This document shows positions 62,071-64,000 of a stretch of 64,000 nt of DNA, in pieces; within the stretch, counting starts at the first letter, position 1; every line of letters begins with the position of its first letter. Origin of the DNA: Bugula neritina (Eukaryota > Animalia > Bryozoa); NCBI GenBank assembly GCA_964035545.1, contig OZ037772.1:5398233-5462232 (forward strand), read 5' to 3'. The notes below the pieces were generated by a model. That model saw only the letters and a program-made list of their open reading frames with translations. It ran no database searches and was not told the origin of the DNA. The position numbers and the translations under genes are program-made.

Positions 62071-64000
62071 TTATTCTGATAATTCGAGTCCATGAACTTC
62101 CAACTCATAAATATTGAGAGATTTACCCACTTCTACAGCCGTTACTCTCACATATCTACCATACATTCTAATATGACATGTAACTAGAAATATATCTGCA
62201 GGTGGTTGTCCAGGAAGGTAGTCACAGATCTCATCTTCTGGCGGATTACCAAAGTTAGTGTAAGTTTCACCAACTGTTACTCTCACATTGGCCAGGCGTT
62301 TAATTACACCTGCAAAAAACATGAATGCAGTTATTAATCAATGAAGTCATTAATGAAAATAATCATTAAAAGTTAATGCAAACAACATTAAAAAAGGACT
62401 CAATATCTTTTACTATATTTAGCACTTCCGGATCCCTTCTACTTGAGGGTTACCCTAGTTCAGTCACGATTAGGATGTATTTCTATAAATCTATTGTATT
62501 TCTACATGAAAAGATATTAAAGATACAAATTGTAAAATAAAGATTTACTAAACAATACAATTAGACCAGTGGTTCCCAACCTGAGGGGAATTCCTCCCTA
62601 GGGAAGAATTTGGACATTTTAGGGGGAGTGGGATTTTGAAAAATTCACGCAATTTGTTGACGGTTTTTGAGCTTTTGCAAGTTACATGTATATGCATATC
62701 TATAAATCTTCAGCTTAGTTCATCTATATTTAACCAAACCATATTTTGCAATCTCGGTTTACTTGTACATGAATTTGTTTATTAATTGCTATACTCTAAC
62801 TGCTCTTTACACTAATTGAAATAAAAGGCAAAAATATGCAAAAACCAGGTAAGATTCTCATTAATTCAAAGAGAAGAGAAACTAACTGCCTTTACTTGCA
62901 AAGTAATTTAAGTTGGGCCTGGGTAAACACAGAGACAGGCTTAAGCATGCTGGCACAAAAGCACCAACTGAAGCCATAACATTATTAACTGAACTGCTCT
63001 GTGTCTTGTAATATAAAAATAACGGCATTATTACTATTTTAATAATTGCATTATATGCAAATATATTAGAACAAATTGTATTGCATTGTATCATATATTC
63101 CCATTCAGTAAATCATAAAATATTTTCGCTCTTCGAAAGGGGGAATTTAATAATCATCATTTATGAAGGGGAGGAATAGTATGAACAAGGTTGGGAACCA
63201 CTGAGTTAGACCATGGCAAAATCAAAATCTCTTTTCTCAAATGTTTAGGATAAGACTGTTGAAGTGTTCTAGTCCTACTATGAGGAAGGTTAACAGAACC
63301 TGAATTTGGATGTTCAGATCTGTTCCAGATTTTGATACCATACACAAAGTGATTAGTGAGAAGATCAATCTGTATCCATGGAGACAGTTCTGTTTTTGTG
63401 TGGGCAAGGCTATCATGCTCAGATATGTTCCACTGAGAAGGAAGATAAATCCCATCAATAGCCTTGACACCAGCACGGTCCTTATACATGGTGGATAGGT
63501 CGGCAGATTTTCCTGTAATAAAACTTCATGATGTACAGAAGATATATTTTACATGATTGCAGATCTTTAATAGTTTTAGAGAAAATTTTTAAAACGGATT
63601 CTATCTTTACTTACAAATATCTAATTTGGAGACTTTTAATTAAGCAGGTAACAAAGTATAACAAAGATCTACTATTTCAGCAGATTATAGCATTAGCAAT
63701 AAAAAAACCATAATAAAGTGCTTCTGTCATTAAAGACATTATCGGCATTTTTTTGAAGCTGCAAATTTCAAACTTATATAATAGCAAATAAGTTTGTTGT
63801 TAAAAGATATCCCATAAAAAACATAATTGGAAACAAAACTTCCCTTACCTCTAGCAAGCAATTTTGAAAACTGGTACATTTGAATGTAATCAGAGTGAAT
63901 TAGTTTGAGGGATGTGGTTTTCTCAGTGTCAGTTGAGTTGTCAATCACACTTGGAGTTTCTGACATCTTGCAGGTGCTTGTAACTCTATCATATGACACA
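62071..64000 (-). CDS. PAN/apple + F-type lectin paralogue F (5' part off the window; visible exons open)
   Basis: Exons >64000-63849 (PAN C-terminal part), 63512-63300, 62309-62071; same motifs as B and D. Confidence 0.85.
62567..63203. mobile_element. hAT (Charlie-like) MITE in intron 3 of lectin F
   Basis: 16-bp perfect TIR CAGTGGTTCCCAACCT / AGGTTGGGAACCACTG; 8-bp TSD AATTAGAC / AGTTAGAC (7 of 8 match). Confidence 0.85.

Overview
AT-rich, intron-containing eukaryotic (invertebrate-like) genomic DNA carrying an innate-immunity gene cluster plus transposons. (1) Six minus-strand paralogues of a secreted PAN/apple + F-type (fucolectin-like) lectin gene, reconstructed by hand from splice sites. 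Copies B and D are intact and F is intact over the part visible; A, C and E each carry an in-frame stop. There is also an orphan PAN exon. (2) A plus-strand 8-exon TRIM gene (RING-Bbox-Bbox-coiled coil-NHL-like propeller, ~603 aa). (3) A plus-strand 10-exon IAP gene (3 BIR-like domains, UBA, RING, ~723 aa). (4) A recently inserted BEL/Pao LTR retrotransposon (451-bp LTRs identical by eye, 5-bp TSD) with one open 1674-aa ORF that lacks reverse transcriptase, sitting in the promoter of lectin copy A. (5) A 4.8-kb Foldback/Mutator-like element with ~560-bp TIRs and a 9-bp TSD, a hAT MITE, an RTE LINE fragment, SINEs and many microsatellites. The most striking non-coding feature is a 272-bp x 2.5 tandem repeat (42386-43070) in which each unit carries a minimal type I hammerhead ribozyme, i.e. 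a retrozyme/Penelope-like, potentially circular-RNA-producing element. Two further hammerhead motifs of a second family lie beside (TA)n tracts. All gene models and RNA folds were done by eye, without database searches.
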